Translations under genes and position numbers: made by a program
Shown here: positions 38,010 through 49,978 of the stretch, piece by piece
How positions within the stretch are numbered: the stretch's first letter is position 1
How the letters are laid out: each line of letters opens with the position of its first letter
DNA from: Lingula anatina
Taxonomy: Eukaryota; Animalia; Brachiopoda
Reading direction: 5' to 3'
Assembly: GCA_051362555.1 (NCBI GenBank)
Contig: CM120640.1
Coordinates: forward strand, 48,524,788 to 48,588,787
DNA length: 64,000 bases
Notes under the pieces: model-generated
What the model saw: only the letters and a program-made list of their open reading frames with translations
Told to the model about the DNA's origin: nothing
Databases searched by the model: none

Positions 38010-38507
38010 CTGAAGAAAAAAGAGGAATGCTATATTTAAAACGTTACACATCTACGTTATGTAATTAAAAAGAGAAATTTTCCTTGCCTTTATATCTGCA
38101 AATGACTTAGTAGCATTTTGAAAAAAAAAACCGGTACACAGAAAATGCTCCTGAACAGTATAACTTTTCTTCATTAAAGGTCTAAAACATGAGGAAAAAT
38201 GCCACAATTTACGTAAGATGCACACGTTCTTTTTTCGGGGTAAAATATGCTTCCCAATCGACCGGCCGAAGGGTTCTAATTCTCAAGCAAAAAATCCATA
38301 TTACAAACATTTTCGCATTCTAAGGTAGTTCTGCTACCTGCACCACTGTATCCAAGTGATGTGGCAAAACAGTTCCCAGCTGTTCCGTTTGTACTTCGTT
38401 GACATTATATATCCAAGTAAGTCGCACACACACTGCATCCACTTATAAATCACATTTTCCCTGTATTTTTATGAGTCTGGAGACAAAAATTAACTTTTAA
38501 GCCTTAC

Positions 38508-38546
38508 TTCCGGCCTATATCGAAATACTGGGAAGCGAAAATACGA
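38508..38546 (-). CDS. Candidate 39-nt symmetric cassette exon of Hv (RIFASQYFDIGR)
   Basis: Acceptor CTATTTTCAG| and donor |GTAAGG; phase 2-2 and open in the Hv frame. Confidence 0.4.
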
Positions 38547-38915
38547 CTGAAAATAGAGTGCAATATCAACTGTTTTTACTGGCAATATCTCAAATGGTAC
38601 AACTTGACGCTTTGGACCTGATTCTAATCTCGTTCTCCTGGCGCGAGACGAGACTAGTGCGTGCAAACAGTTTCAAGATACATCATCACGAAATATACTT
38701 AAGTTTTCTTAAGGATCCAATAATCTAATTTTAAATTAGGCCATGCAAGTAGCTTAATTTGATACAGGTAGAGATATCATTTTCTTTTTCTTTTCTTCTT
38801 ATTTGATGTTATGCTGATAGTCTAAATTCTGTTGTTTCTTTTATAAATTTAACATAAATATAACAGGTAGTCATGTTGATACTATGACGGCCAAAACATC
38901 ACAAACAAGTCTTAC

Positions 38916-38950
38916 CTTTTAACACTTTCGAAAATGGTATGACAACGCAT
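38916..38950 (-). CDS. Candidate Hv variable first exon (MRCHTIFESVK)
   Basis: ATG, open frame, AG|GTAAGA donor in phase 2. Confidence 0.45.
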
Positions 38951-41660
38951 ATTTTGTTCTAGGTGAGTTTTGGATACTTGTATATATTATCGATGTATAA
39001 TTAAAAGCTGCCTGGTGATTCGAAGATTGTTTGATATAACTGGTATACCGTTTCTACAGTAACTTAGTGACTCTCAGTATCTTTTTCCTTGAACTGGTAA
39101 GGGTACTACTTTCCAGCTATTTGTATCAATTGACTCCCTTTCCGGCCCTGCTCGAGTAAACACGTAAGATATAATCATAGACTTCCGCGTTGGAAACCTA
39201 ATCTACTGTATGTATATTCTTTATTGCTTGTTGATCCAATATAATTTAATTCCAGATGATTTATGTCCTAACCTCAGCTCGAACCAAGGCAGCAAAACAA
39301 AATATCTCTTTTCAGGGAGTGGATTGCCTGGGGAGCATTTATCAGTTCACCTGAGAGAACCCAAACTGTGTTTTATTTCAAGGAAATGTTTCAAGAGAGG
39401 CATGTTAATTGGTCAATGGCCAATCTACAAAATGATAATTGTTTATACTGAAGACAAACGGAAAACAGAACAAGATGTCAAATTGCGATGTTGGTGTCCT
39501 GAAAACGAAGCCATTTCCCCCAAAGAATATATTAGGAAAACGTGCATCTCCTTATTTGCACAGAAAAACTGCGTAAAACATGTGTTAAATTTGTGAAAAT
39601 CAAACTCTCATGCAGCTATGTTTTTTTCTTTCTTCCTTTTTTTTTTTTTTTTTTTTTTGAGGGGGGGGGGGAGGCTAAGGCCCCTACCTTGCTTTACAAA
39701 TAGATAGTAAAATCCTACAAATATAAAAGGACTGATAATGAGAAAAGGTTGTGTTTAGTAGGACTTCCTCTAGGGTTAATTCACTCAGAGCTTGAGGTCA
39801 AGCTGTTCTATGAAAAAAGTTGCTGGAGATGTGGAAAATGGGAAAAATACCATTCACAACAAATTACATGTCAAACAACAAAATAGGAAGAGAAAACACA
39901 TCGTTAATTTGTACCAAGTGGCGCTACACCACGTGCATAATTTCCCGGACAAAGGTGCTCCTTTAAGAGCGACCTCTGCTAAAAAGAGGTTTTGCGGAGA
40001 AAGGGGTGTTTTAAACTTCTCTCATTGGTGTATTGAGGTGTAAACAGTGTTATATAAAACCGTAAGATTTTGGTGCACAGCAACATAAAAATAATGTACT
40101 GTTTGAATTAGACGAACACCTGCCAAATCACCGTCTCACAGACTATTAGAAACGAGAAAGATGAAAGAAACACCACTAAAATGTATTAAGTGATGTGGCT
40201 TCATTACATGGATATACAACCGCGTTATTCTATGCATGCCTGAAAGGCGAAAGAAGCGGAATAATTCATCATCGAAAAGTTCTTACAAAGACAATGTTTT
40301 TATTCCTAATGGGAACCTATTAGATTTACGATGTCTTATATAAAAGATCAAACTCCATCATTTCGACTTGAACAGGGCTTTCATGGGTTTTTGGGACGCT
40401 TTCGTTACGCAACATGTCTGAACTTTTGTTGGGTTTAGGACGTCATTTCTTTCATTATAAGATATTTCTGTGAAATTACGTTTGCTTACCACTGAAAAGA
40501 GGTTAGTCTCCACCAGACATTAATTAAGGGCATTAAGTCTCTATGAGCAATCTCGCGTGGTTTGTAGTAACATTCCTCCAGTTAATGGACGTCTGTTGCA
40601 ACATGGACTGAACATGAGTAACTGACAAGCCGCGTTTAGGTGGAACACTCATCAGAATACTAACAAGCCGAGGCACTCGGCGTATAGAAATAACACCAAT
40701 CTAAATTACAGACTTGGTCGATCGGGGGGGGGGGGGGGGGGGGGATTAGCTTTGGAAACAGATGTAAAAACAAGCCTTCAGTACACGTTGAAGATAAAAT
40801 ACTAAAGAATGAATCACGAATTTTCACATAATATGTACTGTGAATCTGTAGTAAAGTGTGATTCACCCACTGCATTACTCCAACACATTTGTTTGCTGGC
40901 AGGACACAAAATTGATCGCCCGAGTCACTTTTCGGGTGAATACGGGGATGCACGTGTTCCGTATTCCCTGCAAAGCTACGGGCGCGGCACTCGGCTTTAG
41001 ACAATTCCCCGAACCTCTAACTTAAGCTTAAAGATAAACGTAGGATTGAGTGGAATAATTATCCTTCTGGCTGACAAAGAGGACACGTTCTTGCTTTGAG
41101 CCAATTAATGTACAATGCACCTACCTTTTAAATGAACTAGAAACGATGTGATGTCTACCTATACCTTGCCTTCCGTCTAAGGTATACTTATTTCTCCACC
41201 GCATGTCAACACGGGCGTATTAATATAGAGACACCTCGTAGGGGCTTGCATATGCAGCACCAGCTGTGGCACCAGTATGGAGAGTTGTGACTTACTTTTT
41301 AATTGGTTTTAAATGTCCATTAGTTTCACGGTCGTGCTGACAATGCATACAAGAGTCAACGTACGTTACTAATCTGATATAACTTCATATTTAGCGCAAT
41401 GACGAGGTTTTATTTTAAACCGAGATAAGACAAAGTTCCAATCGCATAAATAAAAGAACTATTGTAATTTCAGTGTAAAGTCACTGCCGTGCAATAACAA
41501 CGTTAACACAGCACGCCAATCTAGTAATAAAATGCTGGGAACCGATATTATTAGTGGTGGACATGCAACAAGACCTCTCCCGAGTAGACACAAATATGAG
41601 AAAAACAATTTTCCGCATATTAAGCAATTGTTTTGGTTTCTAAATTTCACATTTACTTAC

Positions 41661-41731
41661 AAGTTTAGCGACCGAAACTTGCTGTTGTAATGGGTGTCCC
41701 TTTCACTAGAACTGCCGAACATCATCATCAT
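41661..41731 (-). CDS. Candidate Hv variable first exon (MMMMFGSSSERDTHYNSKFRSLN)
   Basis: ATG run, open frame, TT|GTAAGT donor in phase 2. Confidence 0.5.
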
Positions 41732-43473
41732 CTTGCAAAACTTGGTGTCTCTACAGAATTCTGTACGACGCCTTTGAAATCTTTAAACACTGTCCAACGA
41801 CCCACTACATCATATGTGTTAAGTACCGGGTGACACTGTTTCGTAATAACTAGACATCTGATAGCTAAGATATGCTTTAATGACACCCAATAATGATAGC
41901 TTTGACGGTCTATCTTTTGCTATATCAGAGTGATGCAACGCAAAGGACAAGAAAAGATTTTACATTGTCTGATCCTCCGTAGATACTAACATGTAAACGA
42001 TAAAGGTGCTGATTAAAATCTAATTGCACCAAGCCACTGTTTTATTTCTGATGTCGTTCACATTTTACGTGAGACAAAGACGGGTTTGGTATGGGCGTGG
42101 CTTGTGATGCAAGTTAGCTTCATAGTAATGTCGATTTTCTGTCACAAAAATATGAACCTTGAAGGCCATAACAAGCAGGCTGCTTTCCTTTGGCCACAGA
42201 ATAAGTGGATAGGAGCTTGCAATGTTTTATTTAAAATGTTTTTGCCCACCAAGAATTGAGCCCTTATGTACTTTTAGAGGTGTACCTAAAACCCGAATAC
42301 GTTCTGAAATTTATTCGATTTTTTTTTTTACTTTTCCATCAGTAATAAAATACCCAATATTTAAGTGGCCCAATATAAAGATAAAAATACCTGAAGATAT
42401 TTGCGATACCCATAGAATACTATTCGTTACGGGGATATTGTAAAACTTTAGAGCGGCAATGAAGAATTAAACAGTGCGTGAAGCGGTCAGTTGTGAATTT
42501 GGCTTCCAAATAATTATCCTACCAACATTCACCGGAACACTATTTAACATAACTTTGGGTTTGTATGAATAATTAAACACCTTTCTTCTCTTCAAATCCC
42601 TCAAATATAGGAATGTGACATTCGAGAAAAACATCTTTTGAATTTTTTTCTAGCCCAACCGTTTGCTTTGTAGGTGATACAGGACTCAAAAGTGACCATG
42701 CGTAGTTAAAAATATTCTTATGGGGGCGAGATAAATTACACAAAAGCATACGGCTACATTAATTGATAGGCAGGTACCATTTACTACATCGGTCATTTAG
42801 GGGTCATTCAGTCTGAGGGTCTAAGATCCCCATTATCTCCCTATTATGCTACATTTTCTCAATCATTCTTATTTTTGATTTAAATTGTAAATTATACGCC
42901 CGTCAATCAAAATTAATAGTACATTTTTTCCTTAATACAAGTGCTGCACGTTTTAAGGCACGTGCTTCATGAGTTCCGTTTTTATAACAGACGAAACTGC
43001 ACGAAAATGGGAGAAGGAACTAATAGTGGTCAGATAAAAACCACTCATTCGAAAACATCCTTCTCAAATTTCCCGACATAGATGACATGTGATCTGTCAA
43101 ATATTGTAATTCCATTTAGGGCAGCGGAAATCCAAATTCCTAGTCTTAAAGGCCAACTAAGATTATAAATATTTACCATAATTCATAAAACTCGGGCTTT
43201 AGTGCAACTACTACATTTTTCCTTGAATTATTGCAGCAAAGTGGAGGGGGGATCACGTCATAAGGGCTTCCAAAAAATGGGTTTGTTTCAGAAGGTAGGG
43301 ACATGAATTTCCGATATTTTACCTACTCCTGTTCGAGGTGGGAATGCTGTTAACTAGTTAAACAAAAGAAATGGCACTATGATGTTGCTTAAGCTAAAAT
43401 GAGCAAAAACGCCCAAATATTCTAATTATATATGTAACATGTTATTGGCTAGGAACAATAATCTGAAGATCTG

Positions 43474-43620
43474 AATCATCTCACAGGTGCGTGCAGCTGC
43501 TGATATATACTGAGAAAAAATATAAACGCCCCACACAATATATGTATATAATATTGTGTGTGGGGCGTTTATATTTTTGCTGAGTATATATCAGTAGCTG
43601 CACGCACCTGTGAGATGATT
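43474..43620. repeat. Long near-perfect palindrome (~147 bp)
   Basis: AATCATCTCACAGGTGCGTGCAGCT..ATAAACGCCCCACACAATAT / ATATTGTGTGTGGGGCGTTTAT..AGCTGCACGCACCTGTGAGATGATT around a short AT-rich centre. Confidence 0.9.
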
Positions 43621-43975
43621 TCATCGTAGGCCTATTTTCGTGACTTGTGCTAATATGTCACAGGTAACACAGGATATTTGGCGGACCTCATTTAAGAGGT
43701 AATCTATTGACCAACAACAGACCAGTGAGATGTCTGCATGGGTCAGTGGCATTGACCCTAATTTGAACTGTATGGCGACACTAAATGTGCATATCGGCCA
43801 CCATCAAAATTTTTGAAAATCCGAGATTTCTACCTATTACAACAATTTTAAAACATTTTTCTTCCATATTTTGAAGTCGAGATATACTATCAGTCTCTGA
43901 AATGACATATTTGTATAAATTTTCAGTCAATTGTATAGGCTAACACTTAACAGAATAACACATAACAGAATTGAA

Positions 43976-44233
43976 CTTTAAACCACGGCTAGCGCGTAGA
44001 ACAAAAGACTCGGCCGTGCTGTATGCGACATACAAGCACGTCATGTACGAGTGCGTTCCACGGTCTGTTGCACTACTAGTGTAGTAGCCAATCAGAGGCC
44101 GTGGTTTAAGCCAGATACAACACTCGTCGCCGAGCTGTACGTGAAAATTACTCGTGTATTGTCTCGCCTGCGGCTCGCCAATACACTCGTAATATTTCAC
44201 GTACAGCTCGGCGACTCGTATTGTATCTATCAC
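43976..44233. mobile_element. 258-bp dispersed double-hairpin element, copy B
   Basis: Near-identical to 18435-18692, same orientation. Confidence 0.8.
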
Positions 44234-44322
44234 AAATATGTGATAAATAGACCTTTGTTGATATGATCTCAAGTATGCGTCATGCTTAAATAAGAACGTT
44301 ACCAGAATAGGTACGTCTTATA

Positions 44323-44550
44323 CAGTGGCGGATTTAGAAAAATATATCACACCCTCTTGAAATAAGAATTTTGACTAGCTAAATCATAGTTCTAAACCGT
44401 TCCAAAGGGCACTGTTTGCTCTTTAAAACACCAAACGATTTTCGGGGCCCTTGAGCAGCGAACCCCACACTAAGGGGGCGACGGTCGGCTTCGCAACCGA
44501 GGCCTGTTGTTCTGCCCCCCCTCCTTCAAATAATCCTGGATGCGCCCCTT
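44323..44550. mobile_element. Possible hAT-like MITE
   Basis: Imperfect TIRs CAGTGGCGGATTTAG / CTGGATGCGCCCCT with a GC-rich interior. TSD not clean. Confidence 0.4.
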
Positions 44551-45254
44551 TTATACATGTATTTTTCTGATAAATGTCAAATTAAATGACAATTGGTACA
44601 AAGTCAATTTCAAAAGACACAATGTAAAATTTTTCTGAAGTTAAAATACACTCATTTGAGAGATATAATGAGATATGATAAATCTGATGTTTTTAATGTG
44701 GAACCTATTATTACGACCGCACACGTAAGCATTTAAATTCCTATCACTCACCCCTACCGTTTTTACTACCCCCATTACGATTATTTCTAAATTCAATGAT
44801 GTTATCTAAATATATTTTTTTCTTTTCTGAACAAACTCATAATTCGTACCTGTGATACATGGACCTGTCACGGAAATTATTTAACTTTTGGTGTTTCTCT
44901 AAAACATGCAATGAATCTATAAAATGCGTTAGCTGAACTACACACCTTTTGACTACATGTATAACGGGCATGTACAACATCGTCTAATCAAAAAATGGAC
45001 CAACATTTGCAAGTAAAGCATCATCACCTGTGAATACAACTGCAGAAAATGCAAAGGAAGCGTGCCACTATAAATCACTGAATTAAAAAAAAACAATATA
45101 ACAAGATAACTAGTCAAAGGAACAATTTACACAATAGGAAAAGGTTTAAGGAGGGTTCACCATCATGAGTATTAGTTCCAGAACATTATACCAGAGAGAA
45201 AAGCCATGGACCTTTCACACTATTAATTAACATTGATTTAAAATGCTTACCTTA

Positions 45255-45931
45255 TGCCCCTATTTCACACAGACCACGAATCCCACGAATGGCCATGAAT
45301 TGACAAATTTCACGATTCGTGGTTGAATCGTAATCAGTTCGTGAAGTTCTTAACAGATTCGTATATATTCGTAGTCAGTTCTTGCACTTCTTGACCAACA
45401 GGAATGGGTGGCAAAAACGTTGATGCCCCTATTTCACACAGACCACGAACCCACGAATCGCCAGGAATTGAAAATTTGGTTGAATCGTAATCAGTTCGTG
45501 AAGTTCTTAACTGATTCGTATATAATCGTAGTAAGTTCTTGCAATTCTTGATCAATCGGGAATTCGTGGCAAACATTTTGAGCTGTTCATAGTTTTGGCC
45601 ACGAACTCCCGATTCCAAAAAATCGTAGTGAATTTCTGGACAATATTCGTGCGATTCCAGCCGAATCCCACGAATATTCGTAACGCTATCGCACCTGTAT
45701 CGTAACTGAATCGTAGAGCGTGTCGAATTAGACCAGAAAATTGGCAAAATCTCACGATTCCAGCCGAATCCCACGAATATTCGTAACACTATCGTACCTG
45801 TATCGTAACTGAATCGTGAGCGTGTCGAATAAGACCAGAAAATTGGTTAAATCTCACGAATCCTCACGAATCCTAAAATTTGTCAATTCCTGGCGATTCG
45901 TGGGATTCTTGGTCTGTGTGAAATAGGGGCC
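45255..45931. mobile_element. PIF/Harbinger-type MITE (677 bp) with TTA TSD and internal duplications
   Basis: TIR GCCCCTATTTCACACAGACCA / TGGTCTGTGTGAAATAGGGGC, flanked by TTA at 45252-45254 and 45932-45934. The left end is duplicated at 45424, and there is a ~100-bp internal tandem at ~45652/45755. Confidence 0.8.
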
Positions 45932-48900
45932 TTAGGAAACATCATAGAAAAATCTGACTGGACTACAAGAACTGTCCTGACTCACCCTGAATTAACAGTC
46001 CAAAGCTTATGTTTATGGTTTATCTTCCTAGCGCAACCAGACCTCATCATGATCTTCCCAAATTGGAATGTACTAGAAACCAGGGGGTGGTTTGGGAAAA
46101 GCAAACCTATGTCACTGATTCTAAAAGCTCAGAAGACTCTGCTTTACGTGAATCTGAGGCAACTCTTAAATATCGGCAAAATTTAACACACGATACATTT
46201 CACCTTTATCTGACGAGTTGACGTTTATGGTTTTGATGAGGAAATTATATTTATAAAAAACGACGAAAAGATAACTTTTGCCGCTCTTAATTTTCAGGTA
46301 ATAGATATAATTTAGTGGGCGCTACGTTGTCATCAGACACCTTAGACGGCACTTGTTTGTGATTAACTGGTAAAGTACATTAAGTTTTGATCGAAATCTT
46401 TTTGAAAGAGTGACTTTGAGATTGTACAGACAAAAGTCGTCATGGAGCTTAATCGGAGTGACTATTTTCTTAAATGTTGTCAAGTTTCCATTACTCCTTT
46501 TTTTTTCTTGGTCTCCGAAGTCAAACGAAGAATAAGAAGGTGTTATGTAATAGGGTTTACAAACTTTCCTCTTAACTATGACAGTGACTGACAGATCACT
46601 ACACGACGTGGTGATTAGGGGACAGTGCAGAACTTTGGTGCCTCCTCCCCCTCTCCCAGCCACTTTTCACGGGCCATTCTGTTTTATTTTTTTTCTTGTG
46701 ACGTAAGTTTGAGGCGTGATCTTGAAAATAACACAATGCTCGTAAAACGTAAACATACTTCAATCAAGATGCACAATATTAGTACGTAGAACGCCCCGTT
46801 TTCTGGGGTAGTAGACGTTACCGGACAGACGTTGACGTGTCATCTTGCAACTCGAGTCGTATGGCATAAAGTTCCGCCAGTAAATAAAGAAAATTCTAGA
46901 GGACAGATGAATAATCGTCAGTATTATGCTTCGACCCCTTTTAGAAATGAAACGCCTTTTGTGATATTCGAAGCGCCTTTGATGTGTTTACGAGTTAGTT
47001 TAATTTTCTTTTTATACTGCAGAAATATTCTGTTAAATCAACTGTAAGCTGTAGCCTATGTTTCTCTCGAAATTGCATAACTTCTCATTCATTCTCTTTA
47101 ATTCGATTTATATTTCTTGGGTTTTACTAAACAATCAAAGCTAGAATAATAGTTTATTAAAAGAAATAATTTTTCTTTGAAGTATCGGAGTGGAACTGTC
47201 TTTTGAAGAAACTATTACTGAAACTTAAAACGAATTCATGAGACTGTAAACCACACCACCTTTCGCTGATATCTTAAACGGAATATATCTTATTTCTCCT
47301 TAGGCGGAAATGGCATTTTGCTATTTTAATAGAAACAAATCTTTGCCATTTGATGGAAACACCGTTGAGATTATTATCAGCAAATTCAAAAACAGTGGTC
47401 ATACGCTACATGTCAGAATTTTCATTATAATCAGCAAAGTTGAAAGACAAACTGACTCCTTCATTACTCACAGAGTTATGTTTAGCTTATTCACAATTCT
47501 AACATGAAATTTTATTTGAGTCTTTTTAATCATGTGTATGATAAATCATGAAAATGTTTACATCCCGAATAAAGTTTACAGTGCCCAGCATAAGGACAAA
47601 GGTGCATGTTTGCATGTCCGTGTCCACTTAGATCTTATATAATATTCTGATTGTTCGCCGTCGCTTATTATATATTATAATTCCTTCAATTAAAGGGAAT
47701 CGGCACTATCTGCAAAATCTTTGTTTGTTAAGCTTTGCCGGGGGTATATGCTGGGTGAAAAAAACACAATCACTAAAGCTGTCTGATAAATAAAGCGCTA
47801 TCCTGGACAGTCTGCACTTTTCCCCTTTTTATTTTCTTTAAAACCGGACTAAATGAAGTAACCAGCTCCCGACAAACAATGTGAGGAATAACATTACAGT
47901 TGTGCTGGTAATGGAAACCCATGATAACACGAAGGCAAAGATGCACTGAAGCATTCAGCCGCTCAATGACGGTGCGCACCGATGATTGTGTGGCGAGATG
48001 AAGTCGTCCTTTGTGATTTATGCGTCTAAAGTGCATGTCAAACACGTGCAAATTCATATTTAACTATGGTAAATCACAAAACTTATACAACATAAAAACG
48101 TTAACAACATAACTCGAAAAAGACATGCCTTCAAACCTTTTCAAGAAAGTTTTTAGGTCATTAAAAATTGTAAGGGAAGGGGTATCATTTGCATACGTAT
48201 GTAAAGGATATAATTGATCCACTTATAAATCCAAATATTGTGCTAATAAGACTCTGTATACCCAACAATGCTTTAATCAGTGACTTTTTGAATCAACCTG
48301 ACTATGACAGTTTATAGATTTAAAGTTTACGAGGTTCAAGTAAACGTAAACATCTGGTTTTATGATGTAAATTTTTGTAAACATGTCAAAGTAACGGCGA
48401 GCTTTTTGGTGGACGAAGATCACTATGACAGCGTCGGGTGCTGGTGTTACTACACAGGTAAACAACTGGTACATTTATATGGTTAAAATGTCCGGCTTCA
48501 TTCCCTTGTATGCCTAACGCTAGCATCAGAAGTTCACTGAAGCCCTTATTCCTACACTCTGACCACAGGATCTGCTAATTATCCTAAACTTTAACTTTGG
48601 GTACTACTACATGTAGTACATGTATTTCAGAGGCCTCTGATATCAGAGTGAACCATGTTCCTATAATGTACTGTAGGTGAGATGGGACGATTAAAAGACA
48701 AAACTACAAAAAAATCTCGTGCCTAATGTGAACGTACAAAGTTAAACTCTTCACCGTGGCTGGTGTTCTTTATCTAAATCGTGTGACATCGCGATAATCA
48801 ATCAAGTTTACGTATATTGGATCGTAGCAAGGTTGAATTTTAGATTACAGAATACCCGACCGACGTCGGTAATGTTCAGTAAAAACACGCCTCTTGTGTG

Positions 48901-49768
48901 AACGACATCTTACTTTCGAAATAGGCTTTTCTACCCCCAAAACAATGTTTATTTCAAATAGAGACCAATATCCGAGTTAGACGGTCTGCTCTTGGAACGT
49001 TTTATTCGCTCCACACTGAAATAGAGCATCGGATCAAGAAACATTACTTAGGACGACATATTACACATGTAGCATTCTTTGAGCACTGTCAAATGTTAAA
49101 GATTCAGAGTTGGGCTTCTTATTTACGGTGTAAACCTTTCGAATTGATCCACTTTTGTGATTGACTACCTATTCAGAGGAAAATACATGTACCAAGTGGG
49201 AGCATTTTCAAAGATTTCTTTCGCTATAAACATGTGCCATCTGATCTTTATACAGTACTTGCTTTTATTCTCTTGTGTACCTCCCAAATGCTATGATGTA
49301 ATAGAGCTTTTGCATTATACCGTAACAATGCCATTTACGACATTGTACTCCAACACTGAAAGCGCTTACAGTGTACAATTGTGACCACTACGTGTTCAGT
49401 GAGGTGGACGTTATGAAAAACAACTGGGCGAATTTTACATAAGCCTCCCCCTTTTCTTTACCATATTGAAGATTCATCTAAGTTTGTAGAATATAGATTA
49501 TTTATCTTTATTATATTCAGGACGATATATGAAAACAAGAATACACCAATATTCGGTGCATTGCATAATCTGTGCTGTATTGGGTGCAGAAAGACGAAAA
49601 TACTCGTTCCCTAAGTAGGCTATAATGTATTGTTGCCCAGACATCTTAATCACTCTTTTGACCTGTTCATTTTCTTCTGCAGTATTAAAATCGTGAACTT
49701 TCATTTTACTTTATAAATAGTGTCTGTCCATTTTAATCTACTTGATGAAATTACGTAACTCCGCCTAC

Positions 49769-49875
49769 CTTCGGTCCAAATTTTTCTCTGGATGTCTGCG
49801 GGGACAGGACTTGATGTCGCTGACCGCTGAAGTAATACCAAAAATCCCATTAAGGGCAGTTTTTTGGGGAGCCAT
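49769..49875 (-). CDS. Candidate Hv variable first exon (MAPQKTALNGIFGITSAVSDIKSCPRRHPEKNLDR)
   Basis: ATG, 35-codon open frame, AG|GTAGGC donor in phase 2; TATA box ~60 bp upstream. Confidence 0.5.
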
Positions 49876-49935
49876 AAGGTATATGCCAAAGATAGTTTAA
49901 TATCAGAGATAACACTAGCTCACGACCATCCTAGC

Positions 49936-49978
49936 TATTTATAGAGCACCGTCCCTTTAGTTGACGAGACGTCACGTG
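49936..49978 (-). promoter_or_regulatory. TATA box with adjacent CRE-like/E-box motif
   Basis: TATAAATA (minus, 49936-49943). GACGTCA (49968-49974) overlaps CACGTG (49973-49978) ~25-30 bp further upstream. Confidence 0.45.

Noticed and set aside
48304-48486. Plus-strand ATG...CAG|GTAAAC mini-exon
   Set aside because: No downstream plus-strand exons or recognisable protein were found.
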